DNA from: Pseudogymnoascus verrucosus
Lineage: Eukaryota
Length of the DNA stretch: 64,000 bases
Assembly: GCA_001662655.1 (NCBI GenBank)
Contig: KV460208.1
Reading direction: 5' to 3' (one strand)
Of the stretch, positions 50,318 through 64,000 are shown one piece after another (positions within the stretch are counted from its first letter, which is position 1; every line of letters starts with the position of its first letter). The notes under the pieces are model-generated. The model worked only from the letters and a program-made list of their open reading frames with translations, did not search any database and had not been told where the DNA came from. The position numbers were made by a program, and so were the translations under genes.

Positions 50318-50561
50318 GCGGGGAATTGAAAGGAGCTAGTTGTAGCTCTGGAAAACTGGGAGGAATAAGAAGCTATGCGCTGTCGGGATATGGTGGTGTG
50401 GATGAATACATCGTTGTCTCTCGAAGCTGTGGGATGACTCTTAGGTGTGAACTATCCGATATCACGCATCACGACGACAGCTCAACTGTATAGGCAGAAA
50501 TATATAATAACGAAGGCTTAAACCATAACAACAATGACATTCCTACGTAACTATCCGCTCT

Positions 50562-52322
50562 CTAAGCCCTACCTGCTTCCCGTCCCCATCCACTCCCATC
50601 ATCCAATCCCAATCCCCTCGCACACTTCCGCACCAACACCTTCTTCAACCACCACTCCCTCGCCAGCCCCCTCGTAACCTTAACAAACGTCTGCGGCGCC
50701 ACGCGCCCCTTTTCTACCGCCCGTCCAAGCACGAAAATTGTATCACCTAGCGCCCGCTCCTCCGCCACAGCATCATACAACTGGTTCGCCACCGCCGTCG
50801 GCGCCACGAGCAAATCATCAATACTCGGCGGCGTCATCTGCGGCGCGCGCTTGATCAGCGCGTCGGCGGACGCTAAGGAGCTATTCAGCGACGCTGTATT
50901 AGACGACAACGCCCCTTCGAGGGCCTCAAGTTGCGCCGTCTCAGACTGCAGGGCGTGTAAAGCGGTGAGCATAGCAGTGTGTTGCGCGGATAGGGAGTGC
51001 TGCGTGTCGATGTTTCGGGAGGCGGTTTTTTGGCGCGCGGTGTGGAGCGCGACGGCGAGGGTGTGGAGGAGGGCGTCTTTTTGGGGGTTGGGTGGGATGG
51101 GGGGCGCTGGGGCAGGGGCGGCGGGTTCGGGGAGGGGGGTGGTGTCGTCGAGGAGGTCGGGGATGGGGGCCTTGGGTTTGGGCTGCGGTTGGGGGGTGGG
51201 AGGTTGTTGTGGGTATTGTGGTGGTGGCTGGGGTTGGTTTGGAGGTTGTTGATAGTGAGATTGTGTTGGGGGTGTTCCGTATGGTGCGCCATGGAGGGGA
51301 GGTGCTTGTCGGGGGTCGGGGGGTGGGCTCTGGTAGTGCTGTCCTGTATGAGATTGAGGTTGCGGAGGCAGTGGAGGAGCAGACTCATAACGGAGGTTAC
51401 TTTGGCGTTGAGGTGCATTGGAGGCGTACGGCTCATGGTGAAGGGTGGGTGGCTGAGCTGCCCGTGCATTGGAAGATGGAGGGAGAGGGGGCAATGGCGG
51501 CCCTGAGTTGCCTGTTTGTGGTGGTTGAGGCTGGGTTTGAGGTCGCTGTGCGATAGGTTCATGCTGTTTTGGGGGAGGTGGTGGAGGCTGGGGAGCACCA
51601 CCAGCGTTTTGGTGAGGGGTTGGAGATTTTGTCATGTCCGGTGGAAGAGGTGGAACTGGTGGGGGTATCGATTGCGGTCGTGGAGAAGCAACAGGAGTAC
51701 TCTGTGATTGCCGGGAGACCACAGGAGGTTCTTTCGCAAACACATCTCGTAATATAGCGAGGAAGTCGAGTATGTTAGATTTCTAAGCCATATGGTCAGT
51801 TTATACACAAGTATGAGAGCTGTTGCCTGAGAATGCCACTCACGTCATGAAATTCTGCCCATCCAGCCAGATATGGATGGTAAACGCGCCCTTGAGGATC
51901 AACGTGTTGGCCAGCTCTCACCATCATCCCTTCTGCGGGCGAAACATACACCACAGGCTCAGCCCGTGGGTATTGGTGGGGTATCCATACTGTAACTGGG
52001 AATCGATAGGTGGTCCCTCGAAATGCGACGGGTAAAGTGCCTGATAGTTGAAGCAGGAGCTCGGATACGCCGTTTTCATAAGCTGAAGTCCGTTAGCATT
52101 TGAATCCAATAGGTTATGAATAGACTGCCTCACTATAAACTTCTGTCTTTGGACTTAAACTGGAGTAATGTGAAAGGGCCTGGGCCACGTCATGGTATGT
52201 CCGGTTGACATCTTGGTATTCCTGTTTTCGTCAGTGCTGAATATGAAGTAAGTAAAATAAGTCCATACACTTGTAAGCACGCTGTATAGCCAGTTTAAGA
52301 CGCGTTGCTGTACCGCAGCCAT
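50562..52322 (-). CDS. VPS23: ESCRT-I subunit Vps23/Tsg101; introns 52222-52268, 52083-52133, 51783-51843
   Basis: UEV domain (YTYENG..ELLLQLSGTLPVAFRGTTYRFP), P/Q-rich linker, coiled coil, core QLYDAVAEERALGDTIFVL..A..KGRV. Confidence 0.92.
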
Positions 52323-52972
52323 GATTCGTGAAGCGGTCCCAAGGCACAACAATCACTGGTCGATGGTTCAAGCTTTAGGTCTGATAGTGGTGGCAGGAGT
52401 ACTGATAACGGATTATTTATCGGGCCGGTATATTTTCTGGGGAAGACACAGCCGCAACTTTATCTACAACTAGCCTAGCTCCTAAACAATTACACATACA
52501 ATGATCGGACATATGAGACTCCTAACGCTCTATTTTCTTCAATGTCTAATTCCTGTGAATGGAGAACATCTGAGCTAGACTCAGGGATATATATACCCGC
52601 ATGGCTTCTTATCTCCGGCTCGGATCGGCGGTATAGCCTTAGACCCGTTCCGTGACGCGGGGAATGCCTCGGCATTGCTAAATCCCTGTTGAAATGTCCC
52701 ACATGGTTAAGTAGCTCTGAACGCTGGACTCTTCTTATTATATTTGAAGTGCCAGAACCGCTCATATCTTTTACGAATCCATATAGCCCTTGTCTAAGTC
52801 GCATATACAAGTCTTTTGGCTGTATTGGATCCAGAATTGCCTTGCTATCGTCACAGTACCAAACACAGCACCACCGAAGTCTACAGCATCACCGACAACG
52901 ATCAGAGGCGTTTTGAAGAATCTAATTGCAAGACAGAACTGAGAATAGTGAGCTAGTACTACAAATTATACC

Positions 52973-54169
52973 ATGGCGCCCCCGTCAGACCCATCGAGCG
53001 CCTCGAGGAGAGCCCAGTCCATCGCTGGCCATCTTCAAGTACCACAGGCGACAAAATCAACAGATTACAAGTTTGAGGGATGGCTGGGGTTAGACAAGAC
53101 TGCAGCGGCAGGAAATATGGTGTGGGGCGAGTTCCAACCAAAGACGTGGACGGAGGATGATGTTGATATTAAAGTCTCCCATTGTGGTATCTGTGGTTCT
53201 GATATTCACACACTGAGAAGCGGCTGGGTAAGCAAGCACTACCTAGAATACAGTGAAGACTACTAACGGTTGTTGCAGGGACCCTCAATTTATCCATGCT
53301 GCGTCGGCCACGAAATCGTCGGAGAGGCCGTCGCCGTGGGCAAAAATGTCAAGCACATTAAAGTTGGAGATCGCGTGGGAGTTGGTGCACAATCCGGCTC
53401 GTGTCTGAAGTCTAGCTGCTTTGAGTGCTCAAACGGACTCGAAAACTATTGCACAAGAATGGTGGGTACATACAGTAGCAAGTACACCGATGGCTCCAAG
53501 TCTTTCGGCGGATATTCGAAGTATGTGCGTGCGCCCGCCCACTTCGCCGTCCAGATTCCAAAAGAGCTGGACTCGGCCGAAGCGGCTCCTATGCTCTGCG
53601 CAGGTGTCACTATGTGGTCTCCTCTTAAAAAAGCCGGCGCTGGCCCTGGAAAGACAGTTGGGATTGTTGGAATAGGAGGATTGGGCCATTTTGGCTTGCT
53701 GTGGGCAAAGGCACTTGGCTGTGATAAGGTTATTGCCATTTCGCGCGGAAGCTCGAAAAAAGAGGACGCCCTGAAGATGGGAGCCGATGAGTTTATCGCA
53801 ACGCAAGAGGACCCAGACTGGGCAAAGAAGAACAGGCGCAAGCTGGACATCATTATTTCCACAGTTTCCGACGCTAAGATGCCTCTATCAAAATATCTCC
53901 AACTACTACGCACCAACGGACGATACATCCAAGTCGGTGCGCCGGAAGAGGCTATTCCTAGCTTCAGGATTGGAGCATTAATTGCAAAGGCAGTTAAGAT
54001 AGAAGGAAGCTCTATTGGTTCACCGGGAGAGCTCAACGAGATGCTAGAGTTTGCTGCCAAGAAGAACATCCATCCATTTATCGAGAAGAGGGATATGAAG
54101 GATGCAAATCAAGCGATTGTTGATATGGAGGATGGAAAGGCAAGGTATAGATATGTGCTCTGCAATTAG
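52973..54169 (+). CDS. Zn-dependent NADP-type alcohol dehydrogenase (Adh6/7, cinnamyl-ADH family); intron 53228-53278
   Basis: CGICGSDIH, GHEIVG, structural-Zn cysteines, APMLCAGVT, GIGGLGH, ARYRYVL. Confidence 0.93.
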
Positions 54170-54784
54170 TATTTGTGTGTATATCTATAGAATAAATAGA
54201 AAACGAGCTTATTCTTGTAACCATATACAAAATGGCCTGTGATTTTAATTGTGTGTCACCTCGCCTTTGAGTAGAACAGGCTGGAAACAACTACAGGCCA
54301 AATCATTATATAGTTGAGAGAAGAATTGACAAGTAAGAACCTTTGTAAAAAAAAGTTTAGTTTATGAGAAGCATCGAGTATGTATTAAGGGCTACGGGTA
54401 CCTATATTTGGGTTTTCGTGATAGTTTATCTTAAGTTGTAAACCTTAAATGACAGGCTAACATTTTGGCTGATATCACGTGAGTTGCTGTCGTCGCGCGA
54501 TCCAAATTTGGTTTCGCGCGCAACTCAAGTTGATCGCCGCAGGAGGCTCAAATAATTGACTTCAGCTAATACCTCGACGAGGAGGTGACCGTCAAGACCA
54601 CACATATCACAATCCTAGCTGTCGTCAGTCTGAACAAACTCATTCCACTCTTTCAGTCCGACACTTCTTTTCCGGGACAGCCGCGACTTGTGGCGAGGCG
54701 CGCAGAAGCGCAGAAGGTCACCCTCACACTTGACAACGCGCCACCTCGACCTCACCTCTATACATCGCCAACTTACGTCTCAAG

Positions 54785-57700
54785 ATGGATAACATGGAGG
54801 ATCAATACGATGAAGATGCATATGAGTTCGAGGGAGAGGCCGAAGAGCCTACAATCACGGCGGAGGCGTGCTGGACAGTCATTTCTTCGTTCTTCGAGTC
54901 GAAGGGGCTTGTGTCTCAACAGCTCGACTCCTTTGACGAGTTTGTTTCAACGTCTATGCAGGATCTGATTAACGAGAATTCGCAACTTACCTTGGACCAA
55001 AACAACCCTCCCCCGGTTAATGGCGAGCCGATTCAACTCCGTCGATATGAGATCAAGTTCAGGACGGTGTTTATTGCGGAGCCCATGATGACCGAGGGCG
55101 ATGGAACGACTGCACGACTGTTTCCCCAAGAGGCGCGCCTACGAAACCTTACATACTCGAGTGCGCTTTATATCCATCTCGACAAGAAGGTCTCGATTGC
55201 CGTTGAACGCCCGACTCCACTAAACGAGCTTGATGACGACGAGCAAGCCGAACTGGCCGCTGGCGGAGACCACCCAACCAAGGTTGTGTGGGAAATCGAA
55301 GACCAGTCGATGTCTCAAGAAGAGGCTGCGAAACTACCAGCGAACGAACGTCCAGTGACAGCAGAGCCCTTCTTCATTGGGAAGCTTCCAATTATGCTGA
55401 AGTCCAAGTATTGCAACTTGAAAGATATGGACGACGAAGAGCTATACGGGTGGAACGAGTGTCCATACGATCAAGGAGGATACTTTATCATCAATGGCAG
55501 CGAGAAGGTATTGATTGCCCAAGAGCGCAGTGCGGCAAATATCGTTCAAGTCTTCAAGAAGCCGCCGCCAAGTCCTACGCCATTTATCGCCGAAATCAGA
55601 AGCGCTCTGGAGAAAGGCTCAAGGCTTATTTCATCTCTCACCATCAAGCTGCACTCTAAGGGTGATACGCAAAGAGGCAGCTTTGGCCAAACGATTAAAT
55701 CTACACTACCATATATCAAGTCTGATATTCCGATAGCTGTTGTATTCCGTGCTCTTGGTGTTGTATCTGATGAGGATATTCTCAACCATGTTTGCTACGA
55801 CCGCAAAGATACTCAAATGTTGGAGATGATGAAGCCTTGTATTGAAGAGGCTTTCGTCATTCAAGATCGTGAAGTTGCCCTTGATTTTATCGGGAAGCGT
55901 GGTCAGTCGCTGGGAGTGCCCAGGGACAAGCGTATCAAGCACGCGAGAGATATCATGCAAAAGGAGTTGCTACCCCATATTTCTCAGAAGGAAGGTAGTG
56001 AGACTAGGAAAGCTTTCTTCCTCGGATACATGGTTCATAAGTTGCTCCAGTGCGCGTTAGGACGTCGCGAAACCGACGATCGTGATCATTTCGGAAAGAA
56101 GAGATTGGATCTTGCTGGTCCTCTTCTGGCGAAGCTATTCCGTAATCTGTTCCGCAAGCTGACTGGAGATCTTTACAAGTACATCCAACGCTGCGTCGAG
56201 AACAAGAAGGAATTTAACCCTGCGCTGGGTATCAAGGCTACCACCCTGACCAATGGCTTGAAATATTCTTTGGCCACAGGAAACTGGGGTGACCAGAAGA
56301 AGGCAGCAAGTTCGACGGCAGGTGTGTCCCAGGTGTTGAACAGATATACATTTGCATCCACTCTGTCGCATTTGCGGAGAACAAACACCCCTATCGGTAG
56401 AGACGGAAAGATTGCTAAGCCGCGTCAATTACACAATACTCATTGGGGCCTCGTCTGTCCGGCAGAGACACCCGAAGGACAAGCCTGTGGTCTGGTAAAG
56501 AATCTCGCACTTATGTGCTACGTTACTGTTGGTACACCCAGTGAGCCTATTATCGAGTTCATGATCCAAAGAAGTATGGAAGTCCTGGAGGAGTATGAAC
56601 CCCTCAGATCGCCAAATGCGACAAAGGTCTTCGTGAACGGTGTTTGGGTGGGTGTTCACCGCGATCCTTCTCATCTGGTCGAAACAGTTCAGGATCTTCG
56701 TCGAAGCTCTCTGATTTCCCACGAAGTCTCGTTGATTCGTGATATTCGTGACCGAGAGTTCAAGATCTTCACGGATGCAGGCAGAGTTTGCCGACCTCTC
56801 TTCGTTGTCGATAACAAAACCGACAGCGAGAATAACGGCAAACTGGTTTTCAATGCTGAGCATATCAGGAGGCTTGAGGATGATTTGGCTTTGCCAAATA
56901 ACATGGACCTCGAGGAGAAAGAGGAACGTGGCTACTATGGTTTCCAGGGCCTCATCAACGACGGTGTGGTTGAGTATTTAGATGCGGAAGAAGAAGAAAC
57001 TGTTATGATTGTCATGACACCACAAGATCTTGAGGATGGCAGAAAGGCTCGACAAGGATATACAGTAGCGACGGGAGTGGAAGACTCCATCAACGCCAGA
57101 GTGCAAACAAAGCCCAAGGCAACTTCGATGGTGTATACGCACTGTGAAATCCATCCGTCTATGATTCTGGGAATTTGCGCCAGCATTATTCCCTTCCCGG
57201 ATCACAACCAGGTAAGCAAACACGTATTTTCAGGGGTAAAACATCGAATGCTTAATATATTTAGTCTCCACGTAACACCTACCAGTCGGCTATGGGTAAA
57301 CAAGCCATGGGCGTTTTCCTTACGAATTTCGATCAGCGTATGGATACCATGGCCAATATCCTCTATTACCCGCAAAAGCCGCTTGCTATTACTCGCTCTA
57401 TGGAATACTTGAAGTTCCGAGAACTGCCCGCTGGCCAAAATGCTATTGTCGCCATTCTTTGCTACTCTGGTTATAACCAGGAAGATTCCGTCATTATGAA
57501 CCAAAGCAGTATCGATCGTGGTCTTTTCCGCAGTTTGTTCTACAGAGCTTACCACGATCAAGAAAAGAGGATCGGTATGAATGTGGTTGAGCAGTTTGAG
57601 AAACCTTTCCGTAGCGACACTCTCAAGCTCAAGCACGGAACCTATGACAAACTGGACGACGACGGAATTGTTGCTCCTGGTGTCAGAATCTCTGGAGAAG

Positions 57701-58711
57701 ATATCATTATCGGTAAAACCGCGCCGCTTCCACCAGATGCGGAAGAACTTGGGCAGCGCACCAAATCGCATACCAAGCGTGATGCGTCGACTCCTCTTCG
57801 TAGCACGGAGAATGGTATCGTTGATCAAGTCTTGATCACCACCAACGCCGAAGGTCTCCGCTTCGTCAAGGTGCGCATGCGTACAACAAAGATTCCTCAA
57901 ATTGGTGATAAGTTCGCCTCTCGTCACGGACAGAAAGGAACAATTGGTATTACTTACCGCCAGGAGGATATGCCTTTCACTCGCGAGGGTGTTGTGCCTG
58001 ACCTCATCATCAACCCCCACGCCATTCCTTCTCGTATGACGATTGCTCATTTGATTGAGTGTCAGTTGTCGAAGGTTGCTTCGCTCATCGGAAAAGAGGG
58101 TGACGCCACTCCTTTCACCGATGTCACAGTTGACAGCGTTTCATCGCGTCTTCGTGACATGGGCTACCAGTCTCGCGGCTTCGAGGTCATGTACCACGGC
58201 CACACAGGCCGCAAGCTTGTTGCACAGGTGTTCTTGGGTCCCACATATTACCAGCGTCTGAGACATATGGTCGACGACAAGATCCACGCCAGAGCCAGAG
58301 GACCAACTCAAATTTTGACGAGGCAGCCTGTGGAGGGTCGTGCCAGAGATGGTGGATTGCGTTTCGGAGAGATGGAACGTGATTGCATGATTTCCCACGG
58401 CGCAAGTGCGTTCTTGAAGGAGAGACTGTTCGAGGTGTCGGATGCGTTCAGAGTGCACGTTTGCGACATCTGTGGTCTTATGACACCAATCGCGTAAGTT
58501 TCTCTTCTTGTTTGAGGATATATAACGGCTTGTACTGACAAAACTTAGGAAACTGAACACGCAGTCGTTCGAGTGTAGGCCCTGCAGGAACAAGACAAAG
58601 ATCTCGCAAGTGCACATTCCTTACGCGACGAAGCTGCTCTTCCAGGAGTTGGCGTCGATGAACATCGCCGCGAGAATGTTCACCAACAGGTCGGGGGTGA
58701 GCGTCCGGTAA
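54785..58711 (+). CDS. RPB2: RNA polymerase II second-largest subunit; introns 57212-57264 and 58494-58548
   Basis: [65 protein letters not shown]. Confidence 0.99.
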
Positions 58712-59321
58712 ACTGGAGAAAATCTCTACGCTACCACGACGAGAAGCAGGCATGTAAGATGGGAGAGGCACAAAAGAATGACCAGCAGAAATAAGTGAGT
58801 GATGGCAGCGTTGGTACGGTGAGAAGGTGGGGGTTCGGGTCTTTGCATAATATGGAGTTGGGTGCTTGGGTTTATTGCCCCAGGAGAGTATAAAGAATGG
58901 TACACCACCGGAAAAAGGTGCTGAGATGCAATTTTCCTGCATTTATCGTCATACAGCGAAAGCGAGTCGATTGCGGAGGCAAGAAAAGGGAAACTAAGGG
59001 CAGACATAGTGCTACCTTTTTGTAGAATAGTTCAGAGTAATTCAAGAGAGATGGTTATTCGAAAAAAATACAGCTTATAGACTTGCAATAATGTTCCAAG
59101 TTCCTATCTATATATGTCTGCCTTTGAGATTCTTCTGCCGGTTTGGTTTCCGTATGTAACTCCTAATTCTGACGCCGCCCAATGCTTCACACTATATCCC
59201 AGAGTATCGTACAGCCCTCATTGAACCCGTCTACCACCCTTCGCTGTTTGTACATGCATGTTTATACACAGGCTTCCTTGCGACCACCCGTCACTGCACT
59301 CTCCCAGCGAACCAAGCTTCG

Positions 59322-59743
59322 TCACCGACCACCGCCCACATCTCCGGGCTTGGGCGGTTCAGGCGCGCCCCCACCATCATGGACGGTTTGTACTTTCTTG
59401 TAACTCTCCTCCAGAGCCTTCTGCATGTCGAAGTCAAGCTGGCGTTCCTTCTTGAGGCGCTGCTGCTCCATGTCGCGGACGACGCCGGCGTGCATTGCCT
59501 GGGACAGTTAGTTAATGTCTGAGCAGCTCAAATGATGAAGCGTAAGGAACTGGACATAGTGCCCCATAATTGGGAAGGAAGGAAGGTGAGTTGAAGCTTG
59601 CGGAGTGCGGGGGATTGGTGGGGAGAAGAGAGGGAACTGCAACATACCGATTTCTCAGCCTTTTGCTGGAAATGCACGAAGAAGACGGTGCCGATCGCAA
59701 ACAGCGACGTTCCCGCCAGGGTAAGCTTGCTAGCCCTCGACAT
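59322..59743 (-). CDS. PET117: Cytochrome c oxidase assembly factor Pet117; intron 59499-59647
   Basis: MSRASKLTL...VHFQQKAEKS-AMHAGVVRDMEQQRLKKERQLDFDMQKALE. Confidence 0.9.
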
Positions 59744-60034
59744 TGTGACAATTCTCCCCACGTATTGTGAGAGGGGCAATGGTTTATAAAAATCCGAGAA
59801 TCTGTTGTTGTTCGGCGGTCCGTCCGTGAAGTGCAACCCTCCAAGTAGCGATTTGCAAAAGGTGGAAAATGCCGAGCAGGGGTCCGCCGTAGTGGAGTGG
59901 AGCTTCGGACGACGTACCTTAGGACCCAGCAGCCCGCGATAACGACAGAGCTTCGAATGTTCAACGCGTGATCGATATTGTACTACTTGAACACTTCTAC
60001 GATTCCTGCAAATTTCGCTGGCAGAGACTGCAAG

Positions 60035-60759
60035 ATGGTGCGATATACCTGCTCTGCTGTGGCTTGGGGTGATGGCTAATGATGGGGATACAGTCGGCTC
60101 AGAACTCAGCTGGTATCCAGACGCTGTTGGATGTAAGATGCCTGGTGAATCGAGAGGTTGGGAGGTGGAACTGACATCTACTAGGCGGAGAGAGAAGCAC
60201 AGAAGATCGTTCAGAGAGGTATGTGATCTTGGGAGTTGATACTATATGTGCTGTGCTAACGTTTCTGCAGCGAGAGAGTGTATGTCATTCGAATATGCCC
60301 ACCATAGCGTGCGGACATCGTATAGATCAGAGAACTGATATGGATATAGACCGTACAAAGCGCATAAAGGAGGCAAGGGACGAGGCAAAGAAGGAGATCG
60401 ACACATACAGGAAGACCAAGGAGGCCGAGTTCAAGAAGTTCGAGTCTGAGGTACGTCTCGAAGTCCGGCCATATATGGCTCCTGTGCTGTGCCGCGCATG
60501 GCAACTACATCTATATCCTATCAATTCTGCGATTCACTAGATAAATGTACTGTGGCAAGAATAGTCATGCTGACTCGGCCTTTAGCACACGAGCGGAAAC
60601 AAGCAGGCCGAAGAGGATGCGAACAAGGAGGCTGAGTCGCAGGTGAAGGAGATCCAGCAGGCAGGAAAGGCTGGGACGGATGAGGTTGTCAAGGCGCTGT
60701 TGAAGGGTGTTACGGATGTGAACCCACAAGCACCCCAGCGCGTTGTAGTGCCAGTATAA
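60035..60759 (+). CDS. VMA10: V-ATPase subunit G; 5 introns, ATG-only coding first exon and 9-nt exon 60271-60279
   Basis: Spliced M-SAQNSAGIQTLLD-AEREAQKIVQR-ARE-YRTKRIKEARDEAKKEID...-HTSGNK. Confidence 0.92.
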
Positions 60760-61430
60760 ATGCAAGCTCTAGTGACGGCGATGGAGATGCATTGAAGACT
60801 AGGGTTTGAGCCACGGCGCGCTTCGGATAGACGGTCTGGGCTGGGGCTGCAAGGTCGAGGGTATGTGGTGTTTTGAGAGCGTTATTATAGATGTAGCTCA
60901 CTACAGAAGTTGGAGAGTTATCAATTGAGCGTTGCACTCTACGAGCTATTGCTACATCTTCTCCAGCTTGTCTGGCGCCACTTGATTAAAGCTGATGCAG
61001 CCCACACTTCGAGGCCCAGGATTCATATATATATATTGATCTTTGCCCCTGGAGTCAAATATGACAACTGTGAAATGCATTCGAATTCTGTTACGATAGG
61101 CCCCCCACCACTGATGGAAGTTATCCCTTTGGCTTGATTTCCGAGAAACCGGCTTTAAAATATCCAAAGGTCCCTGAGTTATTAAAAGCCTCTATTTTAT
61201 TAATATTTACCTTGAACAACTCAGGCAGAAGCATGGTTCATTATAGGCTGTTGTAAACCTTTGGGTGGTGCCTGTCATGCACGGTCCGTAGGCTTCTAGA
61301 TCCTCGGACCTTCATCTACGTCACCGCCGAAAATGTCTAGCTCCACTTTCCAACCACCACTTCACATGGCAGTCGCGATGGACGTCAATGGCATCGCACC
61401 TTCCCTTCCAATGTGCAGATTTATAGAACG

Positions 61431-62521
61431 ATGACAGTACTAGCTCGCCATCTCCGCTCAAGATGGCTGCCACGCAATGCGCCAATATGTGCAAATCCCC
61501 AGGGTATATATGCTCTCTCTCTACATTACTTGCGCCGGGAGCTGCACGGCTTTCATAGGACCCCTCAACTTCGAGAAAAGGCCGAAAATCCAAGCAGCGA
61601 TCCTAGGATAAATGATTTGGAAAGGGCTATTGAAGATGATTTTGCGACTATTAGAGAGAAATATGGTATGCCTACGTTCAATTCCCAACTACATCCAATT
61701 GGACATTTCTAACAAACGTCACAGCTACGCCGAAATACCCAATCGTGCTCGCCCATGGCCTTATGGGCTTCGATAAGCTCAAATTCGCCGGCGATTTCAT
61801 CCCCGGTGTCGAATACTGGCGCGGAATTGTAGAAGCACTGGAAGCCAACGGCGTCGAGGTTATAACCGCCTCGGTCCCTCCATCTGCCAGCATTGAAGAG
61901 CGCGCTCTCAAGCTCGGCCAGGATATTGCGCAGAAGGCAAATGGGAGGAGTGTCAATATTATTGCTCATAGCATGGGAGGTCTGGATGCGCGGTATATGA
62001 TCTCGCGCCTCAAGCCGGAGAATGTTGAGGTACTTTCCTTGACGACGGTTGCGACGCCACATCGCGGGTCTGCCTTTGCGGACTTCATGTTTGAGGAGAT
62101 AGGCCCGAAGAACCTACCGACGCTGTACAAGATATTCGAGGGCGTGGGACTAGGAACAGGGGCATTCAGTCAACTAACAAGGAAATTCATGATCGAGGAG
62201 TTCAATCCCAAGACGCCTGACAAGCCTGGCGTACAGTACTTCTCCTACGGCGCGGACGTGCACCCTGGTTTCTGGAGCGCGTTTAAGCAACCGCATAAGG
62301 TTGTGGAGAAGCTGGAGGGTCCGAATGATGGGCTGGTGAGTGTGGGGAGCAGCAAATGGGGCACGTATAAGGGGACGTTGGTGGATGTCAGCCACTTGGA
62401 CCTGATCAATTGGAGCGCCATCAGGGTGTTCATGAGTAAGATCAATGGGGGGAAGAGGAGGTTCAACGCTATTGCGTTCTATCTTGACATTGCTGACATG
62501 CTGGCCAAGGAAGGCTTGTGA
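61431..62521 (+). CDS. TGL2: Triacylglycerol lipase, Tgl2-like; intron 61666-61724
   Basis: Mitochondrial-like R-rich leader, PIVLAHGLMGF, AHSMGGLDAR nucleophile elbow, TPHRGS, NDGLVSV, HLDLINW. Confidence 0.85.
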
Positions 62522-63546
62522 TGAGCGGCTGTGGTCTGAAACTTTGTCACGTTTTTACGCGTGGCAAGGCAGATTTATTGGGATTTGGGGTGTGAAGCAT
62601 CACTTTAGGTTAGAAAGAAGCGGTGCATATCGCCCACTACAGTATGGCGGTATACTGCGGCATCTGGATGAGGGGGAAACACAGAAGCCCAGGCCTCTCT
62701 CTCCTGTACAATTAGTTCCATACGCGCTGGTGGTTGAGGCGCAGTTTGGATTAGAAATAGATACCCAGGCACATAAGCCAACCAAGCGCTCCCTTAATCT
62801 CCCCCATCACAAAAGCTTGTTGGGAGGCTCGATTTGCATGTTGATACGTATGTTACTCGTCTGGTCTTTCTGACCTTTCTGGCCTTTCTGGTCTTGTGTG
62901 CGGCGCTATGCTGTCCCTACTCGTCATCTGTGGCTGAGCAAAACGTTTCAATGTCAGCGACGCGGCATTATGGCTGGCGGCGTTTAGTTATGCCTCAAAA
63001 AGGGTCTAGTGTCTGCCATTAGGTATCCCGGGCTAACGTTAACGCTGAGCCGAGCCACTAGCTGTCGTAACTATACGGTTGAAGCTTCCCTGTCGGTATG
63101 ACGACGGTCGCTCTCGGGGTTCGTATACTGTTTTCGGACCCGGCGGCGGGGAGAAGTGCATTGCATCGAATTATTTTCAGCCCTTCACACAAACAGCAAT
63201 TGTTCCTTTTCGAGCGCTATATCCTCCTCATACTCCTCCTGCGCAAATATTGAGTCTGTCTCATTTGTAAATATTCGCAATTGATTCACTATTCCGAGCC
63301 TCTTATTCAGTACCTCGGTGAGGGCGCATTCGTCGCCGCCAGTAACGTCGAATCCCAACCCAACGAGGTTGACGCCAGAGTCTGGCTATTCAGTAACTGG
63401 GGGATTTTACACCGACAGCAGCTACTACGCTGTAAACCACCTACTTTACCTGTAAGCTAAAGAACAACCCCCTCAAATGCCACCACCACCCGCTGACAAT
63501 GTCTCTAGCACTGAGCGTCGGGTCCTTTCGCCACGGTGCCCCAACC

Positions 63547-64000
63547 ATGTCCGTCCGCGTTCACCTGGACAACCCGCACGCCTTCTACACAAACCTCGAC
63601 TTCATAAGCGGCAAAATCGTGCTGAACCTCCTCACCGATGAGACCATATCCGCCATCGTGGTGAAGCTGGAGGGGGAGAGCAGGACGGTGCTGATGAAGC
63701 CACCACCCATGCCGCATGAGCCAAGGCGGCGCGATGATAGGAGCAGGATAGCCATGGAGAACCACAAGATCTTGTACAGACTGCAGACTGTCTTTCCGAC
63801 TGTGAGCAGCACAACTCCGACTGCCAAGGCGTCGTTCACGCTTGGGGCGGGGCACCACGAGTATCCGTTTAGGTTTAAGATTCCGTACGGACTACCCCTC
63901 CAATGGTTGAAATAACCCACACACTAACGTCTTACGCAGGTTTAATACCATGTGCGGTGACCCGAATATGCAAGCCATCGGCGTTGGGTTGGGTGGCCGC
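63547..64000 (+). CDS. Arrestin-like N-terminal domain protein, 3' partial; intron 63885-63939
   Basis: MSVRVHLDNPHAFYTNLDFISGKIVL...IVVKLEGESRT...GHHEYPFRFKIP. Confidence 0.85.

Noticed and set aside
54160..54200. Stop-codon readthrough to a cryptic PTS1 in the ADH (GH32 and the lipase also checked)
   Set aside because: No TGA-CTA context and no SKL-like end in the extensions

Overview
Gene-dense genomic DNA of a filamentous ascomycete: short GT-AG introns with CTRAC branch sites; Leotiomycetes/Pseudogymnoascus-like is an impression from gene content and style, not a computed placement. About 23 protein-coding genes are supportable: 3' end of the U5 40-kDa WD40 protein, a hypothetical membrane protein, GIS2/CNBP, DMC1, RRP7, a small hypothetical, a CsbD-like stress protein, NFS1, RVS167, an F-box protein, an MFS transporter, a Zn2Cys6 TF + GH32 + sugar-porter trio, CTNNBL1, a TPR/F-box/LRR protein, a DUF1996 protein, STE2, orphan ORFs, VPS23, an NADP-type ADH, RPB2, PET117, VMA10, a TGL2-like lipase and the 5' part of an arrestin-like gene. 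Most interesting signals: (1) an intron in the RRP7 3' UTR holding a well-formed box C/D RNA with two segments complementary to U6 snRNA; (2) a putative fructoside-utilisation module with an intronless, apparently bacterial-type GH32 and a shared promoter carrying three ~40-bp-phased CGG-N14-CCG sites; (3) repeated, partly palindromic AACAATAG(C/T)AAG HMG-like motifs upstream of STE2; (4) non-canonical splice sites in DMC1; (5) a PTS2-like extension on the ADH. No tRNA, rRNA, CRISPR or intact transposon was seen. Exon boundaries were read by eye; homology calls rest on recognised motifs, not database searches.
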